Origin: Convolutriloba macropyga | Taxonomy: Eukaryota | Assembly (NCBI RefSeq): GCF_964194025.1 | Contig: NC_134470.1 | Span: 19,406,001-19,470,000 of the forward strand | Reading direction: 5' to 3' | Length of the DNA: 64,000 nt | Part shown: positions 39,005 to 51,500 of the stretch, in pieces | Layout of the letters: each line of letters starts with the position of its first letter | Position numbering within the stretch: position 1 is the first letter of the stretch | Translations under genes and position numbers: made by a program | Notes under the pieces: generated by a model | The model's database searches: none | Told to the model about the DNA's origin: nothing | The model's input: the letters and a program-made list of their open reading frames with translations, nothing else

Positions 39005-42000
39005 TTGTTCCGACCCCTCTTGAGGGGGGAGGAGCTATATACTCAAATGGGTTTTTTTGTTCAGACAATTTTGGCCGATCGATAGTTGTTGAGAGTTGAG
39101 ACTAGTATCATTAGAAAGCTTGTCCAGCGTAGAACCTGGAATTAAAGAGATTTTTTTGATTTTGTTTTTTACAGGGTATCCAGGTTAAAAACATGAGAAG
39201 ACAGAGTGAATTCCGTTGATTTTTTTCATATTTTGCGGAATTTTTGACTTAAAATTTTGCTAATTTTGCTAGAAGTTGTTCAATTTTATAAAGAAAGTTG
39301 ATTCTATTTTTAAAGACAAAAAATTTGGTCGGCTATTTTTTATTTTGTCAAAAATTCTGGCTAAATGTTTCAGAAATTCAGACTTTCATCAAAAACATCA
39401 CGAAATAAGTTTCTTTAGCCCACCTTGATTAAATTTGCAGGAAATATACACCCAAACACAACTAACACAATCTTTGTGGACTTAAAAGGGGCTATTTCTA
39501 CTTCGAATTCCGTTGCGAGTGCTCCGTAATTAAAACTTTGCCGTTTTTTGCTAACTTTACTCGTTGATTATCAAAAACGCAGCATTTTTGATTTTTTAAC
39601 AAAATATCAATATCTATAACAATTGAAAAAGTAAGTGTTCTTAACGGAAGAGCAACATTAGCAGAGCTAGCTTTGGACCACTCTTGGACTGCTACAATCC
39701 GGAAATAATTTGGATTTTAATTGTAATCAGTCGTTCTTTTTTATAAAATTCGATCTTTATATATTATTAAAATGACAGAACATTTCAATTCAAGGCTCAC
39801 TAGTGATAGGTCCCATTCGCTTGCTAATTAGCTCCAAATTATTGCATCAAGTTCATTACTTGAGGCTTATAGTCGTTTTGACTTAAAACATTTGATTTTG
39901 TAAATAAAAGGCATAATCGATAATATTAAAATCCTTAACGATAGACTCCCGTTTTAACGGCTTCGACAATACTTCCTCCAAGAATTTGATTGAATTTTTT
40001 AATTTTGTCTTTAACTGTCGTTTCATCTTTGTCTTTTTAGTCGTATGAAATTTCCTGTATAATTACCCGGTTTCATTGGCTTTTCATGGAAAAATAGATG
40101 GGCCGATATTCTGACATTAGTAGATAGCTGATGGCTTTCAAGACTTTGAAAACAATTGTTTTCCAGAAAAAAAACTTTCATTTTCCTCCTTTCATTGTCT
40201 GTTTGTTACCTAGTCTGGTTAATTACAGGCCAAATAAGACAATATTGTTGTCAAGGGAAGGTGCCAAAGGACCTGGTGTCACGAAATCGACTTTATTAGC
40301 TCCAATACGGGTTTTTCACAAAGTAAATTAATTTTTGACTGTTATATTTCCGTTCTTATTGTAGACGTAAGATATATTCTGGACAATTGCATCTCTCAGG
40401 GGCTTCCTTTGGAAGAATAAGCGAACCTATTTAATTATTTAATTTTGTAATTAATGACTTTCATGTCTTTGGAAATAATTTTTTTTCGAAAATTTACTTA
40501 ATTTTGCCTTTTCTCATCTTTGTATACTTGTTAACTGGTTTCATTAATGAGAGGTCTAAATAAATTATCGGTGTTCGGAGAAGGTGCAACCGAACATATT
40601 TTGAGGGCCAAAGTATGGCTTTACAGCTTCGAAAGTGAGTTCTGGCAAAATTTAACTGATTTTTTGTTTGTCTATTTGTTGTTCTTTTTGTAACCGCATA
40701 AAAACTGAATACCGACTGTTCTTATTTCCCACCCTTAGAAACACTGGTAATCGTAAACCTATGGGATATTTTAGTTGATTTCGAATGGTTTGCATTACTT
40801 GAAATTAATTGTTTTCAAAATACGCGAATTTTTCAAATTTACTGTTCTTGTTCATTACTAGCAGGCCCGCAAAACCATAACCGGAAAATCATTTAAACGA
40901 ATAGAAGGTTTAAAGGAAGTAAAGGTTTATGTTTTGCACCAACTCGTGCTAGAACTCATGCCCCTCGTTTAACAGCCATAGGTCTCACAACTTGAACTAT
41001 CTGTGCATTGCAATTGTCTTTTGCTCTTTCTACAGCATGCAAATTTCTGGATAATAGCGTTTGTGATTTGTTTGTTTTTGCTATACCGCAAGCGTAATCA
41101 AGGCAAAATCAGGAGCGTAATCGCATATTAGGAGCTTAAAAAGGATGGTAAAGCGCGTCTCAAAACGCATTTATTACGCAATGTTACCTGATTAAGGACC
41201 CCTATAACATGTTACGTACAAGCCACCGTTTCTCACAATCGGTTTTATCTTGTCAATTAACATATTTCAGATTTGAGCTTCTGAGATTACGCATAAATCG
41301 AAAAGAAAAGCGTGCAAAACTTAGTTGAAAGCTAAGTGTGTTCTAGAAGAGCGCAGAATCAGTACGGCTAAAACTTTGCAGAAAACACACACTTACAATA
41401 AGAACTTCAAACTTAAATCGGGAGCAATTAAAAAACACAGCACCCAGGACAGTAAGTCCTCCCTCTTGGTGAGCATACTTTCAAGCCCTCTTAACCTCGT
41501 GCAAACTGCACCTGACTAACAGTCTTTCATCCCAGGTTCGGTTCTCACCCATATACTCTGAGCCTTTTAGCTCACTGAACTCTCTATCGTTATGTTCGCT
41601 TTACCATGCTGCTCAATGCGGCTGCTAAATATGCGTTTCGAGAGGCCTCTTAAACATGCAAAAATTTTGTTCAAATTTAGAGCTCACACGTTTAATATAT
41701 AGGATTAGCTATTTTCTTTCTATCACACAGGAACATCAAACGGCTCAGCTTCGCAAGAAGTATTCTCGAACAGGCGGAATAATGTTGACAAGAAATTTTC
41801 ATGTCTAAAAAAGTAGGGTACCCGACAACGGTTCGAACCCTTGACCCTCACATAAACAGTCATCAATCTTACCAACTGCGCTATAACGACTACATACCAC
41901 CGTTTCTCACAATCGCTTTTTTTCGTATCAAAAAACACATATAAGATTGAGAGCATTTGAGATTACACATAAATCGAAAAGGAAAGCATTAAAAGCTGAG

Positions 42001-42717
42001 TTGAAAGCAGGGAGTGTTCTAGAATAGCGCAGAATTTGTACGGCCAAAACTTTGCAGAAAAACACGTTTACTATAAGAACTTCAAACTTAGTTCGGTAGC
42101 AATTAAACACGTAGTACCCAGGCCAGCAAATCCTGCCTCTTGGCGAGCATACTTTCAAGCCTTCTTAGCCTCGTGGTAACTGCACCTGACTAACAGTCTT
42201 TTGTCCCAGGTTCGGTTCTCACGCATCTTTACTTTGAGCCTTCACTGAACTCACTCGTTATGTTCGCTTAACCATGCTGCTCAATGCGGCTCTTAAACGC
42301 GCTTCTCGAGAGGCCCCTTAAACGTGCAACAATTTTGTCCAAATTTAGAGCCCACGCGTTTAATATATAGGAAGGTTTGTCCAATTGTCCGACGCTATTT
42401 TGACTATTTTTAAGTTTTGTTTTTTTTTAAACGGACAAATTTTTTGATGTAATTAATGTTTGTTGTTGTTCTTTGATTTTGCTGATCGTCTTGACTCGCT
42501 TTCTTAATATTGGCATATCTCATCAATCTAATGCATTTTTTACTCCACCGAGTTATTTGCTTTGGAGGCTATCTTTTCGTTCATACACCATTTTTTTTAA
42601 ATCTTGAATTTTTGGGGTTTGATATCTGTTCCTCATTTGGTAGACAATTAAGCCAAAATGTGGATGAGCGGGGTCGGAGCATTATATAAAAAATGCACAT
42701 TAGCAGCCCACTTGTTT
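39005..42717 (+). mobile_element. Family A copy A4 in SKP1 intron 2, with nested family-B duplication (~40860-42375)
   Basis: ttgttccgacccctcttgagggggg at start; ggggtcggagc...gcacattagcagcccacttgttt at end; colinear reverse complement of 46119-48354 apart from the insert. Confidence 0.75.
41215..42372. repeat. Local ~675-bp-period duplication (family-B segment + ~270-bp GC-richer segment); tRNA-like cassette at ~41815-41890 (-)
   Basis: ccaccgtttctcacaatcg at 41223 and 41897; actgcacctgactaacagtcttt..cccaggttcggttctcac at ~41505 and ~42179; TAGCGCAGTTGG / GGTTCGAACC / T6 on minus strand. Confidence 0.8.
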
Positions 42718-42762
42718 AATGTATGATAAAATCACAAAGCTTATCGTCTAGTTGGAACTAAC

Positions 42763-42894
42763 CTTTCTGAAAATGGTGGAGTTAATGTTCTGTAGGGTGA
42801 TTTCCTCTTCCTCTCCTTCTGCAGCCGGGATGTCTGCACACATTCGCCTAATCGTTTCAGCTTTACTGACGTCTGCTTCGGGGATTTTGAAAAC
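42763..42894 (-). CDS. SKP1: SKP1 coding exon 2
   Basis: VFKIPEADVSKAETIRRMCADIPAAEGEEEEITLQNINSTIFRK; tttcAG acceptor, AAG|GTTAGT donor; 132 nt, phase 0-0. Confidence 0.88.
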
Positions 42895-43287
42895 CTGAAA
42901 CCAATTCGAAAATTAAATTTATATCAACTTCTCAAAACCAGTGTTCGGTCTCATGAGAATCAATTTTACCCAATGATCGACTAGAGAAAAGTCAAAATAC
43001 CCAACGCACTTGATTAGCTGTTAATGTTTGACAATTCTACTAGAAAATTTTTTTTCAGGTACTCTTTTATCTCTTTCAAGTGATACTTGCAAAAAATTTG
43101 TCACAAATCACGATGCTAAGCACTCACTCTTTACTGCCCCTCTCTCTAAAAAGCTCGTTTTAGGCACAGCAAAAGGAAATAACTAAGTTATAGGGTATTA
43201 ATGAAAATAATTTCTTTTTAAAATTTTGTATGCCGTTAAAAATGCTCAGGAAATTTGACAGCTATAGCAATATTAGGAAACACTTAC

Positions 43288-43329
43288 TGTTCCGTCGTTG
43301 GTCTTCAGGCAAAGCATATTCTCAGACAT
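43288..43329 (-). CDS. SKP1: SKP1 coding exon 1
   Basis: aaaATG MSENMLCLKTNDGT (cf. canonical IKLQSSDG), ACA|GTAAGT donor; four exons give 164 aa, typical SKP1 length. Confidence 0.85.
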
Positions 43330-43848
43330 TTTCGCTGCAATTAATTTCTGTCTTGCGGATTTGAAGAAATTCAGTAACACTGAAAAAAATATAAAATTTA
43401 AACAATAGCTTAACGCAAGTGAACGTTCGAAAACTCATGAAACGCGAATGATCAAAATGATTATACAGTCTTTCGAACTTTCGCTTACGTCAGAACTTAA
43501 TTGGATTAATTATAGTCTATGAATATAGCGTATCATCAAAATGAATATAGCGTATCCCAAAAAGTTTAAAAAAGAGAACGTTTCAAAAGGCACAGGTGAG
43601 AGTTCGAAGGTCAAAGCTCAAATTTAAAACATGTAGAAAAAAATTGATTAATGAACTTATAATGGAAAAAAAACTTTCACATTCAAATGAGCACATTGAT
43701 GCTCGATTGCACGTTTTTCGAACGTTCGCTTATTTAACGTCATGTGACAGACTATAATTGAACGTTCGAAAACGCCAAGACACTCAACTGAGCAAGAATG
43801 TGGTCATTTGAAAGCCAACGCTTTTTTTATTGCTCCTCTTTAGTTATA

Positions 43849-44451
43849 TATAGTCAGTCCCATAAAGTTGCAACGCTATCGAACGTCTCAAAGGTCAAAG
43901 TTCAAATTTAAAACAAGCAGATATTAGCACTTTGATGTTCATTTGCTTGCCAGGAGTTTTTCGAACGTTCGCTTGCGTTGCAACTTTATGGGACTTACTA
44001 TAGTCTGTCCCATAAAGTTGCAACGCTATTGAACGTTTCAAAGGTCAAAGTTGAAACTTTAAACATGCAGACATCAGCATCTCGTTTTTCATTTCCATGT
44101 CAAGAGTTTTTCGAACGTTCGCTTGCGTTGCAACTTTATGGGACTTACTATAGTCAGTCCCATAAGTTACAAAGCTATCGGTCGTTTCAAAGGTCAAATT
44201 TAGGACATGTAACTATAGTAAGTCCCATAAAGTTGCAACACAAGCGAACGTTCGAAAAGCTGGGGGCATGCAAATGGGCAGTGTTTTGCTAGATATCTGC
44301 ACGTTTTAAATTTGAACTTTGACCTTTGAAACGGTCGATAGCGTTGCATTGCAACTTTATGGGACTGACTATATCAGCATTTTGATGTTCATTTACGCTC
44401 AGGAAATTTTCGAACGTTCGCTTGCGTTGTATCTTAATGGGACTAACTATA
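43849..44451. mobile_element. Cluster of ~150-bp TA-flanked MITEs (Tc1/mariner-type), tandem and nested; decayed copies at 43400-43800, 44460-44600 and ~37340-37510
   Basis: TIR TAtagtcagtcccataaagttgcaacgc ... gcgttgcaactttatgggacttactaTA; copies 43849-44002, 43999-44152, 44149-44451, with an inverted copy 44214-44373 inside the third. Confidence 0.85.
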
Positions 44452-46118
44452 TTTCATCTGCTTTTCGTATTTAAACTTAGAACTATTCACAAATTTTTGA
44501 AACGTTAGCTTATTTCAAGAGGGACACGCTATAGTTTAACCACCGTTGCAACGCTACCGAATGTTTGAAAGGTCAAAGTTTAAACATGCAAGTTCGCTTA
44601 TTTCAAACAACACCAAAAACCAACAGTATCGAGGCAAAGGGGAATTATTGAGGTAAGGAAAACTTGAACGTAATTGAGTTCACAGGAAGATGACCTGATC
44701 CATCAAAATCGGAAACAGGAAAACTGCTGTCAAACCGAATCAAGACTAATAGAAAGGGTTTTGAAAAAGGAAAACTAGAAAGAGTTTGAAAAAGGAAAAG
44801 TGCTGTGAGACCGCATCAAGACTACTAGAAAGGGTTTAGAATGCAACTTGACCTTCAACAAAATTTACAAAACGTTGCATCGCATTAACTGAATCGCAGT
44901 TTGTCATTCTGAAATTTAATAATGCTGAAATAGCACGATGGACACATTGCACGAATAAATTACAAAATACTTTTTTTCAAAATAAACATAACCCCCTAAC
45001 CTCGAAAGAATTGCTCTCGAACACCCAGTGAGACTTCTAATGCTTTGAAGTGACACTGGTCGTTCGACAGCAAGTCTTCCTTACCTCTTTAATTCCCCTT
45101 CGCCTCGATTTTGTTGATTTTATGGTTTTGTTTGCAAACAAATCGAACAAAAACGACGCTAAAGGCAAAAATTCGGAAATAGATCATTTTGATTTGCATT
45201 CGACCAATTATCAAAACTGTTTTCGAAAGAAAAAATATCGACGGTCATTTTTCAGTCCACTGCAGGTAGAGTGACTCGAATTCACAGAACCCAAAGATGT
45301 GGCACTAACAACAACTTCTCAATTCTCAGACACTTGGAAGCAAATATATATTGCTATTGTGATACCACAATATTTTGCCAATTCAAATACTTTATCATTG
45401 CATATAAAAGCAGAGTTTCCGAACGCTGTTGTTTTGACCTTCTGTATTAACGGAGGAGGCAGGCACTTCAAGCTGAATTGGTCATTTTTCTGTTGAATCA
45501 ATGCTAGATGTGTCTGACGCATGAAGAAATGTAAGTATGCTAAGAAAGCCTCGAGCTTACAAAATTTCATTGAGCTTTTCGAATGTCGCTCATTTCGAGG
45601 AGAAAACGAAGTTTGGCAAAAATTTTGGCTTATTCTTAGAATTTTTGTTTACCTTTTCAGTATTACAAGCAAATTATAATTTTGAAGTGAAATAATAAAG
45701 GGTTGCTTAAACTGATAGTTTCAAATAATCTTTGGACTGGTTTTTCAGTAAGCTTTTTTCATGCCAAATAGCGCTGAGCTACCTACCATGTTCAGCACAT
45801 TGTGTCCATTATAAATTTTGAGGACAATTCCCTGAAAACTTAAACAAGAAGTTAAACCTTGTGAACAGGCTATGTGGGCTTTCTAGCGGAGTGATTATAC
45901 AATGTTGTTTTTTGGCCATTGACGTATCCATTTGCAATTTTTGACACTTTTTTGCTCAATGAGCACTTTCTTTCAGTTTAAGAAATCCGTCGGGTTTTAT
46001 TTCAAACGATGCTCCTTAAAAAAATCATACAAACAATGCCACCAATGTTTTTGATATACAAATTAGTCATTTTGAGAGATAATTCATTATTACCAAAAAC
46101 TATTCACGAATATGAACA

Positions 46119-48354
46119 AAACAAGGCGGCTCGGTAATGTGCAATCGCACATAAGGTTCCGACCTCGCTCATCCACAATTTTGGCATAATTGTCTACCAA
46201 ATGAACAGATAGAAAAACACAAAAAATTCGTATTTTTCAAAAAAAAAAAACATGTGTGAACAAAAATACAGCCTTCAAAGCAAATAACTCAGTGGAGTAA
46301 AAAATGATGCCTTAGATTGATGAGATATGCCGATATTAAAACAGCGAGCGAAGACGAACGGCAAAATCAAACAACAACAACAAACATTAATTACATCTAA
46401 AAATTTATGCCCGTTCTAAAAAAACAAAAATTAATAACAAAGTCAAAATAGCGTCAGATGAAACTAAAAATAAAACAAAAAACTTGTAATTCATCAGAAA
46501 AAAATGATTATTTACCAGTTTATAAAAAGCTTGGTAACGATTAGACAAAAAAGAACAGAAACTTTAAAGTTAGAAAATTCGCTGAATTTTTAAAAAAAAA
46601 AAACAATTAATTCCAAAGTAAAGAAAACCATAAGGAATCAACTAAAATATCCCATAGGTTTACAATTATCAAAGCTTCTTTAGAAGGGAATTAAGAACTC
46701 TTGGTATTCAATTTTTGTGCAGTTACAAAAAGAACAACAATTAGACAACAAACTAATAATCAATTAAAACTTGTCAGAAAATGCTTTGGAAGCGGTAAAG
46801 CCATACTTTGGCCTCCGAAATATGTTCAATTGCACCATCATTGAACACCGATAATGTATTATGTGGCCGCTCATTAATGAAAATAAGCAGCAATTAGACA
46901 TAATAAATGCAAAATTAGGTAATACTTGTTTTTTTTCGAAAAAAATTTATTTCCAAAGCCATGAAAGCCATTAATTACAAAATCAAAAAATTTGAATAGG
47001 TTCGGTTATTCTTCCAAAGGAAGCCCTTGAGACCTGCAATTATCCAGAATATGTCTTACGTCTACAAAAAGAACTTCAAATATGACAAAAATCAAAAATT
47101 CATTTACTTTTTTTCGTGAAAAACCCGTGTGGAAGCCAGTAAAATCATAACGAATTCTCTTAAAATATTAGATATTGTGACACCAATCCCTTTAGACATC
47201 TTCCCTTGAAATGTATTATTTGAACTCTCATTAATGAAACTAGGTAACAATTAGACCAAAAAGAAAACAAGATTATTTAATACTTGTTTTTATCAAAAAA
47301 AATTTATTTCAGACATGAAAGACATTAATTACAAAAAAAAAATGAATAGATTCGTTTTTTCTTCCAAAGGAAGCCCTCGAGACCTGCAATTATCCAGAAT
47401 ATGTCTTACGTCTACAAAAAGAACGTCAAATATGACAAAAAATCAAATATTTTTTCACTTTTCTTTTGTGAAAAACCAGTGTCGAAGACAGTAAAGTCAT
47501 AAAGAATTCACAAAAACATTAGGTTTTGTGACACCAATCCCTTTTTACACCTTCCCTTGACAAAAATAATGTCATCTTTAACCTTTAATTAACGAGACCA
47601 GGTAACAAACAGAAAATAAAAGGAAAATGCGAAGTTGAAATGTTTTTTTTTCATTTTGGAAAATAATTGTTTTCAAAGTCATGAAAGCCATTATCTATCT
47701 TCTTATATCGGAAAATCGGCTCATCTACTCTTCCAGGAAAAACCAATCAAACCGGGTCATTGTACAGGAAATTAAATACGACTAAAAAGACAAAGAAAAA
47801 ACGACAGTTAAAGACAAAATTCACGGAAGTTGAAGTAGAATTAGCCCCCTTTTCAGTCTACAAAGATTGTGTTAGTGGTGTTTGGGTGTGCACTTACCAC
47901 AAATTTAATCAAAGTGGACTAAAGAAAATTATTTCGTGCTGTTTTTGATGAAAAAGCCTGAATTTTGGGAAATATTTAGCCGGAATTTGTGACAAAAAAA
48001 TTCAATAAAATGGCCGACAACACATTTTGTCTTTAAAAATAAAATCAACATTTTTTTGAAAAAAATTATTTATATTCAGCAAAATTTGCGAAATTTTAGT
48101 CAAAAATTCCGAAAAAAGGTGAATAAAATCAACGGAATTCACTCTATTTTCTCGAAAGTCTAAACCTCGATATCTCCCTGTAAAAAACGAAAATCAAGAA
48201 AACCTTTTTAATTCCATATTCTACGCTGGACAAGCTTTCTAATGATACCAGTCTCAACTCTCTACGATGAATATATCGATCGGCCGAAATTGACTGAACA
48301 AAAAAAACCCATTTGAGTATATAGTTCCTCCCCCCTCAAGAGGGGTCGGAACAA
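46119..48354 (-). mobile_element. Family A copy A5, upstream of SKP1
   Basis: aaacaaggcggctcggtaatgtgcaatcgcacataaggttccgacc ... ccccctcaagaggggtcggaacaa; internal ~350-bp duplication (46900-47560). Confidence 0.75.
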
Positions 48355-48589
48355 AAACCTTGCTCCAACAGGTGTGAAAATGGCTTCATGCACGCAATTC
48401 AGTGATAAAATTGCATGAGTTCAAACAAAAGCTGATTTAAAACCAGAGTGACGTCATATGACGAACTCAACTAAAATTGAAAGTTGTTAGTTCGACTGGA
48501 AAAACATTGGACCCAGAAAAGATTTCATAAACCTGTTAAAATTTAGCTTTGACATTTGAAATTGCTGTACCACATGTTTAGCACTGAAA

Positions 48590-51500
48590 CATCATGTAAG
48601 CTACCGTTGTTTTCATTTTCCCAGAATTTCGGTGGCTGCTAAGGAAACGTGAGCAATCAATCATAAACCAATTATTCAATGAAACTTTTAGAAAAATATT
48701 CACAATGGAGTTGCCCTATTTTACTCATTAGAAACTCATGCAACAGATAAATTTATTGGAACACAATATGATTAAACTGAACTTTACATGCCTTCACCGT
48801 CTAATGCTTGCGCAACTAAGATGTTTCGGAGCAAACAGTATTCATGTAACACATCTGCATTATAAAGCTTCGGCATCCGTTGCATCCAGCCACCGAAACC
48901 CATTTCCATATCATTTTCGCCATTTTTTTTCACGTTTAAAAAAGGAAAAGAAAACGTTCCAAAAGAACTAAACCTCAATTAGCCTAATTGTTGTGATAAA
49001 CTTATTAAATAGTTTCAGAGAACGAAAATGTCCGAGTCAAATGAAAAAGAACAGATGCCAGGACTTCGATACCATGACCAAACACCAGTTGCAAAAGCTG
49101 ACAACAAGCGATTGCGAAGTGCCTTCAGTCCAACTGACGATAATGATAACAATGATGAACTGAAAAATACAATTCAAGAAGTCGTTGCATCAGCGATCCC
49201 GGGTATTGTGAAAATAATAGAAGAGCAGTTAATAAAAAGCATCCAATCAGCGATAGATGAAAGGCTGAAGAAAGCAAAAGATGAGATAAAGAAGGAAGTC
49301 AATGAATCGATTTACTAGGCTGAAGAAAGGTGCAATCTAAAAGCCAAATGTGAGAGCGAGCTTCTAGAATCCTACAACCGTCGCGAAAATTTTCGCATAA
49401 TTGGATTACCCGAAGAAGTGTCAGATGACCCAGCAAAGAAGAATGATGAGGACTACGATACGACGATTGAAAAAGTTGTCGATTTTGCTTCAGCTCTAGA
49501 GTCGAGCATAACATCGGATGATATCTCAATAGCTCACCGGCTTCCAAATTTCAATGGGTATCGACCTCGTCATGTGATTGTTCGTTTCACCAGACGGGTA
49601 GCAAAAATCAATTTATTGAAGAGTAAGAAAAACGCAGCAAACTTTGATCAGTTGAAAGATGTAAGAATTTTCGAAGATATGACTGCACCTAGACTAAAGT
49701 TCTTCAATCTAATGAAAGAGGACAGGAAAATTGAGAAAGTGTGGCCTAGAGAAGGAACTAATTATTATATTAAAAACGATGCTGCTAACAATAAAGTGTA
49801 TAAGATTCATTCCTTATATGATGGTGGTCAAAAGTTAGGTTATGATTTTTATACTGTCCAAAGGTGCTTTAATTCGTCTGAGTCTAGAGTTTTTAATGAA
49901 ACAAGTAAAGTGGATCATAATTTTGAAAAAGAAAATGGTGCTACAAAAAGTTGCTTAATTACTATTTCAACTCTTCATTTAAAAGTAAGATCTATCAAAC
50001 CACATTTTGATAAGTTGGAAGCACTAGTACTTGGTCTTGAGTCTCCACCAGAAGTTTTATGTTTAACAGAAACATGGCTAAGTGAAAACGATAATTTTAA
50101 TGGATATTTGATCAATGGCTACAACCAATTCTTTGTGAAAAACCGAGATTCCGGTCGTGGTGTTGGTGTTATGATTCAAGTTAAAAGCAACTGTAGCTTG
50201 ATGAAAATTTTCGACCTCAATTTTGAGGAGGCTATTTTTTCGGAAATAACAAAAGATGGTTAAAACTTTAAAGTAGGGGTTATTTATAATAAACCAAGAA
50301 CCAATAAAAAAGATTTCCTAGAGAAATTTGATTGTTTTCTTGAGCGAAATCTACCTGCGATACTCCAGTGATCATCTGTGGTGATTTCAATATAAATGTA
50401 TTGGAAGATAACTTAATTACAATAAATTATCAGAACGCTATCGAATCAAACGGGTACTATTTGAGTCCAAAAGAGCCTACACGAGTGACACATTCTGCCT
50501 CTACATGTATAGACCATTTCGTATAACAAAATATTGATGTAGATACGACTGAAGTACTGGAATATGAAGATTTATCTGATAATTTTCCTGTTTCTCTGAG
50601 ATGGAGAATAAAAATTGAAACCAAACCACCACGGCCTGTTTCTTTTCGAGATACTTCTTTTCTGAAATCTGAAAAACCCTAAAACAGTATCAGACTTTAA
50701 ATCCAGTTTATTGCAACGCTTAGGAGAACGCTTTGATGAAACTGCTAATGTCAATGATGATTTTAATCTGTTCGCCAATATATTTGCCAATGTTCTTGAT
50801 GAAGTAGCCCCCATAATAAACTGTTCGAAAGCTACAACATCGCAACCAAAATGGTTTGACACTAAGTTAAAAAAACTAAGATCTCGGAAAAACAAGGCAC
50901 ACAAAAATTGGAAACAAAATAAACACCCCTTGATTTTTAAGAAATTTAAAGATCTACGTAATCAATTTAAAAGCAATTTAGTTAAGACAAAAACCAATTT
51001 TACTGGAGGAAATTTGAATCATGTATGGGAGACTCAAGACAGACGTATAAGCTTTTAAACGATAAGTGGCAAACATCTCAGTTCTTCGATTGTGCCTGCC
51101 CTCGACTCTTGTATAGAAAACTCGGCTCCTGAGATTGCCGGAAGTTTCAATAAATACTTCACCAAAATTGCCCAAGAAGTCACCAAAACAATTGAACCCA
51201 CCAACCTGCCAAAAGTACCGAAAGTTGAAAAGCCAATGTTTCTGTATGATGTAAGTGAAAGTGAAATCAAATCAATTATTGATAATTTGGACAATAAATC
51301 TTCAGGGGATGACTATATCAGCAACTTAATTATAAAAGCCTCATCTGATGCGGTTATTCCCTATCTGACTTATTTGGTAAATCTCTCATTTCAAAACGGC
51401 GTATTCCCCGAAGAGCTGCGTAAAGCGAAAGTTCTTCCACTTCATAAGGATGAACCTAAAACTAGTGAAAATAATTACAGGCCAATATCACTACTTATAG

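Noticed and set aside
43849-44451. CRISPR-like array
   Set aside because: Eukaryotic context; the 'spacers' are homologous MITE interiors and the repeats are TIRs.
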